Below, piece by piece: positions 1-13,200 of a DNA stretch of 64,000 nt. The DNA comes from Hormiphora californensis. Lineage: Eukaryota > Animalia > Ctenophora. The stretch lies in contig CM035362.1 in assembly GCA_020137815.1 (NCBI GenBank), positions 1,178,001 to 1,242,000 on the forward strand, in the 5' to 3' direction. The position numbers were made by a program, and so were the translations under genes. Below the pieces are notes generated by a model. It made no database searches and had not been told where the DNA came from. It was given only the letters and a program-made list of their open reading frames with translations. The first letter of the stretch is position 1, and each line of letters opens with the position of its first letter.

Positions 1-1967
1 TCTTTATGAGAAATGATTGCATGTTGTCATTGCTTTGTCGCAGGAAGGACATTTTGCTTTCTGTCTTGCTCATCCAGGATCTAATAACAAATTGAATGTG
101 ATTGATTAGCTTCTTCATTATAATAATGTTGCCGTGTTACTGTACCTGTACAATTACTCCACTCTATTATAAAGCCCCCCCCCCCCCTCTAACTACCTGT
201 ATTGTTCGTCCCAGGTTGCAGTAGTGTGCTCCTTGATCCTCTCTATCTCTTCATCCATCATATCCTCCCTGTCCTGCAGCTCCTGAACCAACTTCTTCAC
301 CTTGCTCCTCAGTTTACCATTCTCAGTGTTTATATGGCGAACCTATAACAATTGGAGGGGTGTGATTTAGAGTGCAATCAAACTTCAATTTACCGGACTG
401 TATCCCGACCTTCCCTCAAGAGAGGCAGCACGTGTTATATATCAATGTTTGACAGTACCTGTTCCTCCATGCGTCGTTTTTCCTCGGCGTACAAGTGAAA
501 CACACCACCAGCACCTGCGTGTGCCTGTTTACTGCTATTCTCCTCCAGAGCTGTCTTTAGTGCCGCGTTGAGCTGGACAATTGTATCCTTCAATCCTGAT
601 ATCTCCTTGTTATGGGCTGCCTGGAACAGTAGTGTGTGCAGTTAGATGGATACATGGTAATGGGTCGAGTGGTGTGGAAGTTATCGTCAAAAAAGATCTG
701 ACATATGTATAGGTATTCGGTATATTTGTAGACCTGTATTCGGTTTCGTTCTACTTTATAAGCTGCTTCAATGGCCGCCAACTCGGCTGTGTGACTGTCA
801 GCTGAAATGTACTCGTTTGTTTTCATCCGACTTATAGTCCTGACCTCTGAAAATAAAACACTGTTGTCAGATGGAGGCAGATTGGAACTAAATTTGACTT
901 CGTAGTTCATAATTCGTATGTCAAGGGCTGAAAGGAAGGCTTTATCGAAGCGAAAGATGTGCAAGAGATGAGGGTCTCTCTATCTACAGTGATCCCCCGC
1001 TAACTGGGTAGTACCTGTTTGTGCAGGGGTAACAGTCCGTTGAACAGGTGTTGGTGGGGCTGGTGTGGTTGAATTACCAATACCCTCACAGTGGCACGTC
1101 TGCACAAAGTTAGCCTGTAGGAAGGAACAGTAACAAACAGCTGATTATCAGCTGCTGATATAACCATCCTAAGTGAGATACTTTGGTAATGAACATCTGA
1201 CCTGAGTCATCATAGAGGCAGTATACACTTGGCACTGACTCCAACCCTCCTTCACCCGCTTCCTTTGAGTCCTCTTTACCACTGGTTCAGGTTCAGGCTC
1301 TACTGGCTATAAATAAAAATATGATGATGTAGAGCAGTTCCTACTAGGGCATAAACTGAAGTTGATTTTATTTGAACTTCTACCGGTTTCGGAGGTGGAG
1401 GTGGAGGGGGTGGAGGATCAGTGTTTACACCAGTATGCTTTACAGGCTGTTTAGCAGGTGGTATACTGGGGATGACTGCAGTTGTAGCAGTTGGAGAGGT
1501 GGGCTGTTCCCCATTACTGTTGTTTCCTGCCAGGAGAAGGGATACTGGGTAAATTGTAGATTGTGATACTGATCTTTTTTATTGAAATAGAAGCTCTTTT
1601 AGGAGGAGGTATGACAGAGAAGTAACAGATTGATAAGTGCACTTACCGAATTGGGGTTCGAAAATGTTACGATTGATGATGGCTGTTTTTAGAACAGTCT
1701 GGTTTTTGGCCTTTCTCAGCTCTATCATACGGTCTTTTAGAAGAGTGACCTGAGGGTTGGAGACCAGTTAGACGGAGAGAATAATACGATAACAAAAAAA
1801 ATATCAGGCTTGTGAAATAAGAAGACTGTACTCCACCTGGAGCTATAGAAGTGCAGATACCTTTGTCAGGTCAATACTCTGACAGAGATACCTCATACCT
1901 GATTCTGGAGTTCAGATATCTGCTCCTTGGCATTCTTGTACTCCGCCTTGTAGTCAACCCTTGGCAT
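1..1967 (-). CDS. Multi-exon gene, unidentified coiled-coil/proline-rich protein (3' end beyond the window)
   Basis: GT-AG bounded exons join in frame: MPRVDYKAEYKNAKEQISELQNQ (ATG 1965-1967), VTLLKDRMIELRKAKN..., NTDPPPPPPPPPKP, AAHNKEISGLKDTIVQLNAALKTALEE..., VRHINTENGKLRSKVKKLVQELQDRED..., SWMSKTESKMSFLRQSND. Heptad-like content; family not recognised; start codon tentative. Confidence 0.6.
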
Positions 1968-3053
1968 ATCGTGTCACTAATACCAGAGCCCCAGGCTTTA
2001 TGTCAGATTCTCCGATAAGAAACTCGTTTCAAGATCCTACGTACCACCGTCCACCAACCCTATCACGCCTTACTCAACAAATAACGCCCTAAAACTGATA
2101 AGAACGATCATTAAGAAAGCAGCATTATACAGAATACACTGATGGCTGCTGCTACAGTTGTACACGCTCATCTCTCTCCGCTAACAAGCTTAACATGCAC
2201 TCTTTCTTGTCTCATTGTGCCTGACCACAAAAGGTTTCATCTCGTGCAATTCTAGCGTGTAAAAAGTAATAAATACTGCATATTATGTTACTGTACTTAC
2301 TTCACGCTGCTCTTGATTAAGTGCACTCGTACGCAACGGGCAGTGTGATTCTTCCTGGCGGCATTCTCTGAGTGCTTGCAAGAATGTACGGGCCAATGGA
2401 CTTGACATTTGAACATTTGCTTCAAACGTTTCGGGCTGAAGATTGAGTAAGAACTGCTACTACTTTTTATAGAACCTTTTCCTGAATATACAGTAAGACT
2501 TGGCAAACGTTGCTGGCCCCCTGTTCTGCGCCACGCGCAGCGCGGGATAAGGCAGCGCTTTTCAACAGTAAGACTGGAGATGAAACCGAAAATTTGGGGA
2601 TTTGAACAGGCGCTTGTCAGCGCTGAAACTGAATTTAAAAAATTTTTGTTACAGAACTAAACGCGCGCGGCGCGCCACCACCCTTAAACTGCGCGGCTTG
2701 TGTATTGCGCGTTCGCATTTGCGTGCGTGACGCGAATGCTGACAATTAAAACTTTCGTCGCAAGAAAATTGCCCGCTCTCTGCTCCGCGAGCAGAACCTA
2801 CTGAATCTGCGACCGAAGTTGCAGGACTGGCGAACCACCTCATTTCACTGCATTTACCAGTTTTAGATAAACCAAGAAACAAAACACGACAAGATAATTT
2901 TTGGGTCCACTTGAAACAGCTAGGAAGGGAACTCTCTCACATCAAAGTAATATCATACAAAAACAACACTACGATAATATGCGAATAAGTTATGTATGAG
3001 TTAAAACACTCTCTCTATGTTTTTATCATGTCTCTGTCGGGAGTTTTCGTTTT

Positions 3054-6000
3054 TTAAAGTTTCGCTCCAGTGAATTTGATCAGTCCATCGGTGCTCATAG
3101 ATTTAGGTCGCTCCAAAGGCAGTCCAAGAGCTCGGTCCCAAACCTGCGAGAGGGGAGTGGGATTAGAGATGGGTGGGATTAGAGAGGGGTGGGATTAGAG
3201 AGGGGATAATAAAGTGATAGAAAGATTAGTAAGATCTAAAAGGACTAGAACTGAAGTGAGAGAAAGAGATGTATAGAGAGATAGATAATAGAGTGTAAAG
3301 ACCAGGCCAGGCCGGAGGCCCAAGTGTTAAAAACTATTTTAGAAACACGCACACATAGAGAACAAGCAGCAGAAGCGTCGAGCAATTTGGAGCTCTACTG
3401 TACATTTAATTACCGGAACTCGAAAAGAGTCATTAACACGACTATAAATTAAGTAATAACATCAGCGTGAATAGTGAACTGTTAGTATGCACTATGGTAT
3501 GGACTATCAATTATTCTCTATTAAATTAGAAGGGGAATGAGAGGGTAGAGGAGGGATGGGAAGGAATGAGGGTATCAACTTACGAGGGAAGAGAGGACTC
3601 CAAGGGCACGAGATACTCCAAACATAACGGTATAATAGCTCATCTCGTTCAAGTTGTAGTGCTGTGAGGGGTGGAAGGGGTTAGTGGTGTAATGAGACGG
3701 GGGGAAGTAGCCAAGATAGGGATGATAATAGTTCACTTTGGATGTGGACATTTGAATGAGTTAGTACAGTTTCTATTACAGTTTCTAGTACAGTTTCTAG
3801 TATAGTTTCTTACCTGTAGAAGAACACCAGAATGGGCATCAACATTGGGCCAGGGGTTCTTGGCCTTACCCTGCTCCAACAAAACACCAGGTACAATACT
3901 GAGGGGGAGAGGAGTGTTAGTGAGAGTGGTACTTAGAGCGAGGGAGTCAAGAGTATTACTGAAAGGGATGTGTTAGGGTTGACACAGAAAGAAGAGAGAA
4001 GATTGTTAGAGGTATAGCACACAGTAGTTCCTTCTCCTTATCTTACTTGTAAAGTTGAGAAACAAGTTTGAAGAGCTCATCATCAGGTAGATGTTTCAGG
4101 GCAAACTCCCTCTGACAGGTATATCGGGGATCGGTCTTTCGGAGGACAGCATGACCATATCCAGGCACAACCTGATTGGAATATTGTGTAACGAACAGGA
4201 ACAATCTTATATGGATATTCAGCAAATATTAATACGTCGCTTATATACTTTGAAGTACGATGTCAAATTGTCAACAATTCAATTTGTAACGAATTCTTCA
4301 AGTTTCAACCCACCTGTCCTGATGCGAGAGTGTTCCAGATAAAGTCCCTCATGTCAGCATCAGATACACCATCACCAACCTGCTCTCGCAGCTTGGTCAA
4401 CCAGACAAGCACCTGATGGGGAGATGGGTTTAGTTGGAGGTGCAAACTGTATCCATCATTGACAGATGGAAAAGTTCTGGGGGATATAATCAGTTTGCCC
4501 ATAAAGCAAACAAATCACAATATATTTCCAATATTTGTGGAAATTGAATTGTCTGTAGGAAGAAGACTGTGAGGCACTTTTGTCATTCATAGCAACTCCC
4601 ACGAGTAGAGGGATCATAGACTCCCTATAATGATACCCCCTCCCGCCCCCCCTCCTTATTAAATGAAGTGGTACTGTTACTACCGATCACACCGGCGTGT
4701 TACTAATGCAGGAACTGCAACCGGCGTGATAGAAGTGTGTAGGGAATAATGCGGGGTAAAATGTAAAAGGGCAAAAAGGGGAACATAGCATGTTTACACA
4801 GGATACCTTGCTTTTGGGCACTGCCCCCCCCCCCCCCCCGGCCCCCAGTACAGTATTTAAAGTGTGCGGAAATTACCTAGCATCTACCCAGCGATCTAAT
4901 TAGCTTATTAACGATATAATTAGCCAATTAATGACCTAACCATCTAATTAACTAACTAACGAACCTCTTGGTTGGCGAGTCCGTGGAGGGGTCCAGCGAG
5001 GCCGTTCATACCAGCAGCGAAGGACAGGTAGGGGTCAGACAGGGCGGATCCCACCAAGTGGGTTGTGTGAGCTGACACATTGCCTCCTTCGTGGTCACTT
5101 GGAGGGGTAGGGGGGATTAGTAATGATGAGTGGTTAATGAACTAATTAACAAACTAATTAATGAACTAATTAAACAACTAATTAAACAAATAATTAACGG
5201 TTTAATTACCTGTGGATGGTAAGGTAGAGCCTCATGAGTTCAATAAACTGAGCATCATCGAATCCCATCATGTTGGCGTAGTTGGCACTCCAATCTTTGG
5301 AAGGGTCAATGGGGGCAACCTGCAATTAGGGGGATGGAGGGGTCAATAAGAATTAAATAGTAGTTAATTATTAACTACTTAATTGAAAAAGAAGTTGTCT
5401 CTTCAAGGGTTTTGGTGAGGGTCTGAGTGGTAAACCTACCTGTCCGTCCTTGAAGGTATTCCTGTAGATGGCGGCAGCAATGACTGGTAGTTTAGCAATC
5501 AGATCCATAGCGTCCTCGTAGCAAGTCTGGAAGGGTGGGAGGGTGAGAGGGAGATTGTGAAATATAATAATTTAGAATGTGATGTGTATAACATGATAGT
5601 ATAATGAGAGAATCGAACTTGGGAGCCATGTTGGTAATGGCGGAGCCCTTGGTTGGTTAGTGCTTTGCTTGTTTCAAACATTTTCCCGAAAGTATTACTT
5701 ACATCCCAGTATTTGGTCTTGTGGACTCCATCAGCGTATGCCTTAGCGAACTTGCTCTCAGACTGTAGGGCAGTGATGGCAGCGCTGAACTGGGACATGG
5801 GGTGGAGGGTGGAGGGGAAGTTCTTGATCATGGAGGCAACATGTGAGGGGATGTCAGCCCTGGCTGCCCATTCAGAGGATAGAGCTGCAACCTGAGGAGG
5901 AAGGGTGTTAGTAAGTACCTCGACCAAAACGCGGCGTTTTTACGTCAGCCGACCCGAAACCGGATTAAATTTGGCCACCCGCTGGTCTCAGGGCCTCCAA

Positions 6001-9000
6001 ATATGTCAAAATATGTCTGAATTGTCATTTGGGATCATGCAGACCTTTTAATTACATGTAATTACCCTTTAATTACATGTAATTACGCTTTAATTACATG
6101 TAATTACTTCCAATTACATTCCAATTACTTCTGCACCTCGAGAGCTTTCGAACGCACCCTAGAACACCTTTCTACTCCTTCCAATTGCCGAGTTCTGTAT
6201 ACCCCTTATTTTGACTGTTTTTCGCGTCCTACCCCTTATAGGTTTGGGTATGGCCATCGCCACACCCCCTATACGTCGCGGGACCTCGAGACCTTTCCAA
6301 CGAGCCATAGAACACCTCCCTACTACTTCAGGGGGCTTCAAAACTTTCACTCTAAAAATATCTATGGTTTATGGTTTATGGTTTATGGTTTTACTAGTTA
6401 CCAAAACGCGGAGTTTTTACGTCAGCCGACCCGAAACCGGATTAAATTTTGCCACCCGCTGGTCTCAGGGCCTCCAAATGTGTCAAAATATGTCTGAATT
6501 GTCATTTGGGGTCATTTAGACCCTTTAATTACATGTAATTACCCTTTAATTACATGTAATTACCCTTTAATTACATGTAATTACTTCCAATTACATTCCA
6601 ATTACTTCAGCATCTCGAGAGCTTTCGAACGCACCCTAGAACAACTTTCTACTGCTTCTAATTGCCGAGTTCAGCATACCCCTTATTTTGACTGTTTTTC
6701 GCGTCCTACCCCTTATAGGTTTGGGTATGGCCATCGCCACACCCCCTATACGTCGCGGGACCTCGAGACCTTTCCAACGAGCCATAGAACACCTCTCTAC
6801 TACTTCAGGGGGCTTCAAAACTTTCACTCTAAAAATATCTATGGTTTATGGTTATGGTTTACCTCGACCAAAACGCGGAGTTTTTACGTCAGCCGACCCG
6901 AAACCTGATTAAATTTGGCCACCCGCTGGTCTCAGGGCCTCCAAATATGTCAAAATATGTCTGAATTGTCATTTGGGGTCATTTAGACCTTTTAATTACA
7001 TGTAATTACCCTTTAATTACATGTAATTACATTTTAATTACATGTAATTACTTCCAATTACTTCAGCACCTCGAGACCTTTCCAACGAGCCATAGAACAC
7101 CTCTCTACTCCTTCTAATTGCCGAGTTCTGTATACCCCTTATTTTGACTGTTTTTCGCGTCCTACCCCTTATAGGTTTGGGCACACCCATCGCCACACCC
7201 CCTATACGTCGCGGGACCTCGAGACCTTTCCAACGAGCCATAGAACACCTCTCTACTACTTCAGGGGGCTTCAAAACTTTCACTCTAAAAATATCTATGG
7301 TTTATGGTTTATGGTTTACCTCGACCAAAACGCGGAGTTTTTACGTCAGCCGACCCGAAACCTGATTAAATTTGGCCACCCGCTGGTCTCAGGGCCTCCA
7401 AAAATGTCAAAATATGTCTAAATTGTCATTTGGGGTCATTTAGACCTTTTAATTACATGTAATTACCCTTTAATTACATGTAATTACATTTTAATTACAT
7501 GTAATTACTTCCAATTACATTCCAATTACTTCAGTACCTCGAGAGCTTTCGAACGCTACCTAGAAAATCTTTCTACTCCTTCTAATTGCCGAGATCTGCA
7601 TACCCCTTATTTTGACTGTTTTTCGCGTCCTACCCCTTATGGGTTTGGGTACGGCCATCGCCGCACCCCCTATACGTCGCGGGACCTTGAGACCTTTCCA
7701 ACGAGCCATAGAACACCTCTCTACTACTTCAGGGGGCTTCAAAACTTTCACTCTAAAAATATCTATGGTTTTATGGTTTTATGGTTATGGTTACTCGACC
7801 AAAACGCGGAGTTTTTACGTCAGCCGACCCGAAACCTGATTAAATTTTGCCACCCGCTGGTCTCAGGGTCTCCAAATATGTCAAAATATGTCTAAATTGT
7901 CATTTGGGGTCATTTAGACCTTTTAATTACATGTAATTACCCTTTAATTACATGTAATTACATTTTAATTACATGTAATTACTTCCAATTACATTCCAAT
8001 TACTTCAGCACCTCGAGAGCTTTCGAACGCACCCTATAACACCTTTCTACTCCTTCTAATTGCCGAGATCTGCATACCCCTTATTTTGACTGTTTTTCGC
8101 GTCCTACCCCGTATAGGTTTGGGTATGGCCATCGCCACACCCCCTATACGTCGCGGGACCTCGAGACCTTTCCAACGAGCCATAGAACACCTCTCTACTA
8201 CTTCAGGGGGCTTCAAAACTTTCACTCTAAAAATATCTATGGTTTATGGTTTATGGTTTTATGGTTTTATGGTTTTTTTTCATCTGGTATTAAGGGCCTG
8301 TCGGCTCGGCCCCGTTGTTTTAGTTTTAGGGGGGATGTTTTAGTGGGGATGGGTTGAGTTTGGGTTATATTCGGGTCGGGGGGCCTTGCCAGGCCCCGAA
8401 TCGACCAAAACGCGGAGTTTTTACGTCAGCCGACCCGAAACCGGATTAAATTTTGCCACCCGCTGGTCTCAGGGCCTCCAAATGTGTCAAAATATGTCTG
8501 AATTGTCATTTGGGGTCATTTAGACCCTTTAATTACATGTAATTACCCTTTAATTACATGTAATTACCCTTTAATTACATGTAATTACTTCCAATTACAT
8601 TCCAATTACTTCAGCATCTCGAGAGCTTTCGAACGCACCCTAGAACACCTTTCTACTGCTTCTAATTGCCGAGTTCAGCATACCCCTTATTTTGACTGTT
8701 TTTCGCGCCCTACCCCTTATAGGTTTGGGTATGGCCATCGCCACACCCCCTATACGTCGCGGGACCTCGAGACCTTTCCAACGAGCCATAGAACACCTCT
8801 CTACTACTTCAGGGGGCTTCAAAACTTTCACTCTAAAAATATCTATGGTTTATGGTTATGGTTTATGGTTTTATGGTTTTTTTTCATCTGGTATTAAGGG
8901 CCTGTCGGCTCGGCCCCGTTGTTTTAGTTTTAGGGGGGATGTTTTAGGGGGGATGGGTTGAGTTTGGGTTATATTCGGGTCGGGGGGCCTTGCCAGGCCC

Positions 9001-9738
9001 CGAATACTATAGGGGAAGGTAAACGCAATGTTTTCACCTCAGAACATTAAAAAAACGAGTCTCACTGGGTCCTAAACCTGTTAATTACCTGTTCCTGTGT
9101 GGGTACCTCTCCAGTACACAGCAACCAAAAGAGGCCCTCAGGCAGGGGTTCCTCACCTCCCTCGGCGTGGGGCAGGAGCTCCTGGCAGTCTGGGATGGTG
9201 TATCCTCGGAATCGGATACCCTCATCAGGGTCAAGAACTGAGGTCTCAGTTACCAGACCTGAAGATTTGGAATCACTCGATTAGTCAATAAAGTTCAGAT
9301 TTTCAGGTTGAATGAGAGACATTATAAAGCAATGAGAAACAAAGTAACAACAATACAAAAACACCATGTTTTACAACAGGACTGTTTTGGAAAATAGAAC
9401 TGTTTTTTAACAACTCACCCTTGATTCCCCTCATACCACCATACATCATGTCCACGGTGACCTCTCCAACTACCTGGTTACCAGCAGCCTTCCTAAACTC
9501 CTTGATCTGGGCCTGCTTCTTTGGGATGAGCTCCTCAAGACGCTCCTTCAGTCCCTGTATCATGGAGATAGGGGTCAGGGAGGGAAATCAACCAAGATAG
9601 ACATAAAATAACGGTGTCAGGGAAAGAAGAAGATAAACAGATGTGACAACTTACACATGAGGAAGACATGGCTCGTGTTAGAAGGACATTACTGTTGGCG
9701 AACTGCTGACCGAACTTTCGAACAAAGTTAAGGCTCAT
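3054..9738 (-). CDS. CS: Citrate synthase (eukaryotic type), multi-exon
   Basis: Exons encode [28 protein letters not shown] (presequence-like), [161 protein letters not shown] (stop 3054-3056). Confidence 0.97.
5920..9004. repeat. Head-to-tail array of six ~460-600 bp units in a citrate synthase intron (Helitron/Helentron-like non-autonomous concatemer)
   Basis: Units start at about 5920, 6400, 6864, 7321, 7795 and 8401. Each has AAAACGCGG(A/C)GTTTT, CCGACCCGAA, 2-3 palindromic TAATTACATGTAATTA and a (TTATGG)n microsatellite. Only the last two units add a ~120 bp tail with TTCGGGTCGG and the hairpin GGGGCCT-TGCC-AGGCCCC. The array is directly visible; the TE class is inferred. Confidence 0.85.
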
Positions 9739-10283
9739 TTTCCTAGCTGGGACCGGGACACGGTACTATACAGGAGAGTTGGGTTAGATAAACGTGGTAC
9801 TAAGGGACGGTTTAAAAACAAAATACAGAAAGTGAGGGGGTTATATATCTTCAGAATGTATTGAATGGGAAAAGTAGCAGTCTGGTTCAAGTTACAACAG
9901 GGTGATAGTCAAGGAATAATAAAACTCGTGTTGTAAAATATGAAACACAAACGATCAAATAAATGAGAAATAATATAAAATGCACGCTCTGATAACACGA
10001 GTCTGATACTGGTCCTGATATTACAAAATCTTACTGAGGTGAAGACTTCATTCACTCTCAATCTAGCAAAACCCCATCCGTTGGTCCAACCCATTCGTTA
10101 GTAGAGTCACCTCAACTGTTTGATATTTCATGCTACAATAAGCCTTGGATCTCCGAAGTAAGAAGTCTGGTACATCTCTCACTACCATAGATGAACATTC
10201 TGCGGATCATCAATCATGTTTAGGAACTTGGACAACACCGAATAACACCATATTTGGCTAACGCCATATTTGGGTATGTATCC

Positions 10284-13200
10284 TCATGACCGTCGTTTCA
10301 GTGTGAATTTACCCTTTTGTAATTGGGAAATTGTGATCTTCAGCTTTGTCATATCAGTAATCTTCTTCACTACAATATCACTGAGGGAAAGAGGGTCATT
10401 CAATTATTGGGATAAAATAGTCGAGTGTTGTATAGAGTTGTGAAGAACACAGCAAGAGGTCAGTACCTGGAACAGATTGACTGAATGACAGCAGGTAGTT
10501 TCCCCTGTTCCCTACTTTCCACAAACACATTCTGATATCGCCCATACCACTTTCTCTCGTAGTAAAGTCTGCCATCTTCAACCTAGCAGAATTAGCTATT
10601 TGTAAAAAAGGAAAGTAAGAGATCCCCGGGCCCTTTATTATTACAAGTAGGCACGGCAGTATGACGTGACTCAAATGGTTGTATTAGAGCAACGGACAGT
10701 AGAAGAGAGTGTTAAACTAAAACAGCACTGAAGTTTCATGAAGTGTGCTATTGAGCTAATGTTTGTGTTACACCTATATTTCCGGTACCGGCATTTTGCA
10801 CACACACGGCACACACACCTACCCATACACACACCTATATAACGCCCAGTCACACACAATGAAACATTGTGGCCCTCCAGATGTCTTAACATAGCTGCAC
10901 TCTTTTCTTCCGTGTGTGTAATAGTGTCACTATTTCGTGTAAAATTCCCTCAATACTCTCACTGACTCTCTCTCTCTCTCTTTCCTCTTCTAAATCTCCC
11001 CTCTCTCTTCAACAAGGAATAATCTAGCAGACCTGCTTCTTACATCTTAGCATCATACAATCTCACTATAACTAATACTCATGCATGAATAACAAGATAG
11101 AAATGGTTTGATTTCCCTAAAGAATTATTATTAACAGGTTGTGAATATGTGAAACCTGTACAGCGTACCTTGATGTCGGTTACAGGGCGTTCTCTGTGTT
11201 CAGTTTCCTCACAAAAACTCAGGTTGGCTTTCCGTTCTCGTAACCTCTCAGCTTTATGAGGCGGGAGAATCTGACGTGGAGAGGAGTTTGGTTATTTTGT
11301 TGTAAAACTCTTCAAACCCGTCGTGTACAAGGGAAGATCACCAAGTCTAACTGCTACTCATGTTGTTCTAAATGCAGCCTCTTACCTGGAGTAGATCTTC
11401 CTCAATCTCAGCATCAGAAAGAAGGAAATTGATGGCAGGAGAGGGAGGTTTATTGCTCTTTCCATCATCCTTATCCTGATGTAGAAATAGGAAGATGGTT
11501 AGTTTTATGAAGGAGTAACTTTAAAGACCCGGTATGTATCCACTCTCTACCCTACCTTAAATGAATTTGCACTGCTACGTGGTTTTATCAGTAGGGAAAT
11601 GAGATACTGGACTCAGATTACAGAAAAAGGAATTAGAAGTAGCAGCAAGAGAATGGGGATTATTTTACACTATCCAAATTCCACGTTCTACCACGAGGGA
11701 TGGAATGGTAGTGATGTGGTGCTGAACTGAGCTTCGCTCTTCTTGGCGCCATATCACTACAAGCCCGATCAGTCAACCTCCGCGTCGGTCCATCCTGGAA
11801 ACGTACTCCGTGTGTGTGGTCCGGTTTTTTGCTCGGGGTTGGGTGGTCTTTGGCCTTGTTGTGGGTGGTCGTGCTCCTGGTTCCGGCCGAGATGGGCTCT
11901 CTGTCTTGGCGGGGACTGGGGTGCGGTCGTCTTGGGCGGGGTCGGGGTCTTCCCTGTCCGTCGGGTGGGGGATCGGGCTGTGTGCGTGTTGTGCGGCTAA
12001 TGACTGCGGACGTGAGCTGCTATCTCCCATTAAGGGAGTAAATTAAACGCCAGAGAACTAGCCTCGCTCAATATTGGCACCGAGGGCCTCTGCCTTGTAG
12101 GCATGCCTGTTGACCCGGCAGCTGTAGCCTTTAAGACAGCCCTTCAGTCCAGCATACCATTGGTAGGACGGAGGTTACCTTCTCTCGCAAAAAATAGGGG
12201 TTATTCCCCTGGGGAACCTCTGCCCAAATTTTTGCCACATACTACCGTGTGGGGCAATAAAAATGCCCCCCCAGGTCTACCATAGTTGCAGAAATCGTGG
12301 AGCGCTAAAATTTGGTTCAGTAACTCTATGAGACAAATAAATAACTTGACCAAAATTTCAGACCTCTAGCTCAAAATTCATTTTTTTGATCGGAATGAAC
12401 ATTGTCATTCATTCCAGGAAAAAATATTTTCCGGTTCAAATTTTAACCAATTATGTTTGGCTATCGATTAGCTTTCCAATGTGACCAAGATCAGCTAAAT
12501 TGGACAACCACAAGAGACACAGTGTCATGTTTCTTAAAGTTAGTCAGGTCATGTGATCTTCACTGATTCGTTGATCGTGTTCAGTATTACGAATTGGTCT
12601 AAGTGGTAGAGAATCACGTATCACATCTGCTAAAGAGGGATGACGATGCTGATTGGTCATGAGATCTGTAGCTCTTTGATAAATGTCCTCTTTCCTCGAA
12701 TCACATCACCCTGTATTGGTACACATACCCAATTAGCGGCCATGATACGAGATTCCTTTGCCCATTGGCCCGATTAGCAATCCCGGAAACTCAACGATTC
12801 GGTGAAGATCACATGACCTGACTAACTTAAAGCAACATGACACTGTGTCTCTTGTGTTTGTCCAATTTAGCTGATCTTGGTCCCATTGGAAAGCAAATCG
12901 ATAGCCAAACATAATTAGTTAAATTTTGGACCGGAAAATATTTTTTCCTGGAATGAATGACAATGCTCATTCCTATCAAAAAAATGAATTTTGAGCTAGA
13001 GGTCTGAAATTTTGGCCAAGTTAGTTATTTGTCTCATAGAGTTACTGTACCAAATTTTAGCGCTCCACGATATCTGGAACTATGGTAGACTTGGGGGGGC
13101 ATTTTTATTGCCCCACACGGTACCTTTGCAATATCTCGCAAATTAAAAATCAAATATTCCACTGCACGGACTACTATACTGCTGGAAAACCTACTACAGG

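Noticed and set aside
6159-8961. Repeated 63-100 aa ORFs ([10 protein letters not shown]..., [11 protein letters not shown]...)
   Set aside because: By-products of the tandem repeat units inside an intron; variable stops, no domain.
5920-9004. CRISPR-like periodicity
   Set aside because: Whole units repeat with no unique spacers; eukaryotic context with no cas genes.
11743-12046. Overlapping GC-rich ORFs on both strands
   Set aside because: Explained by the G/U-rich ribozyme region having few stop codons.
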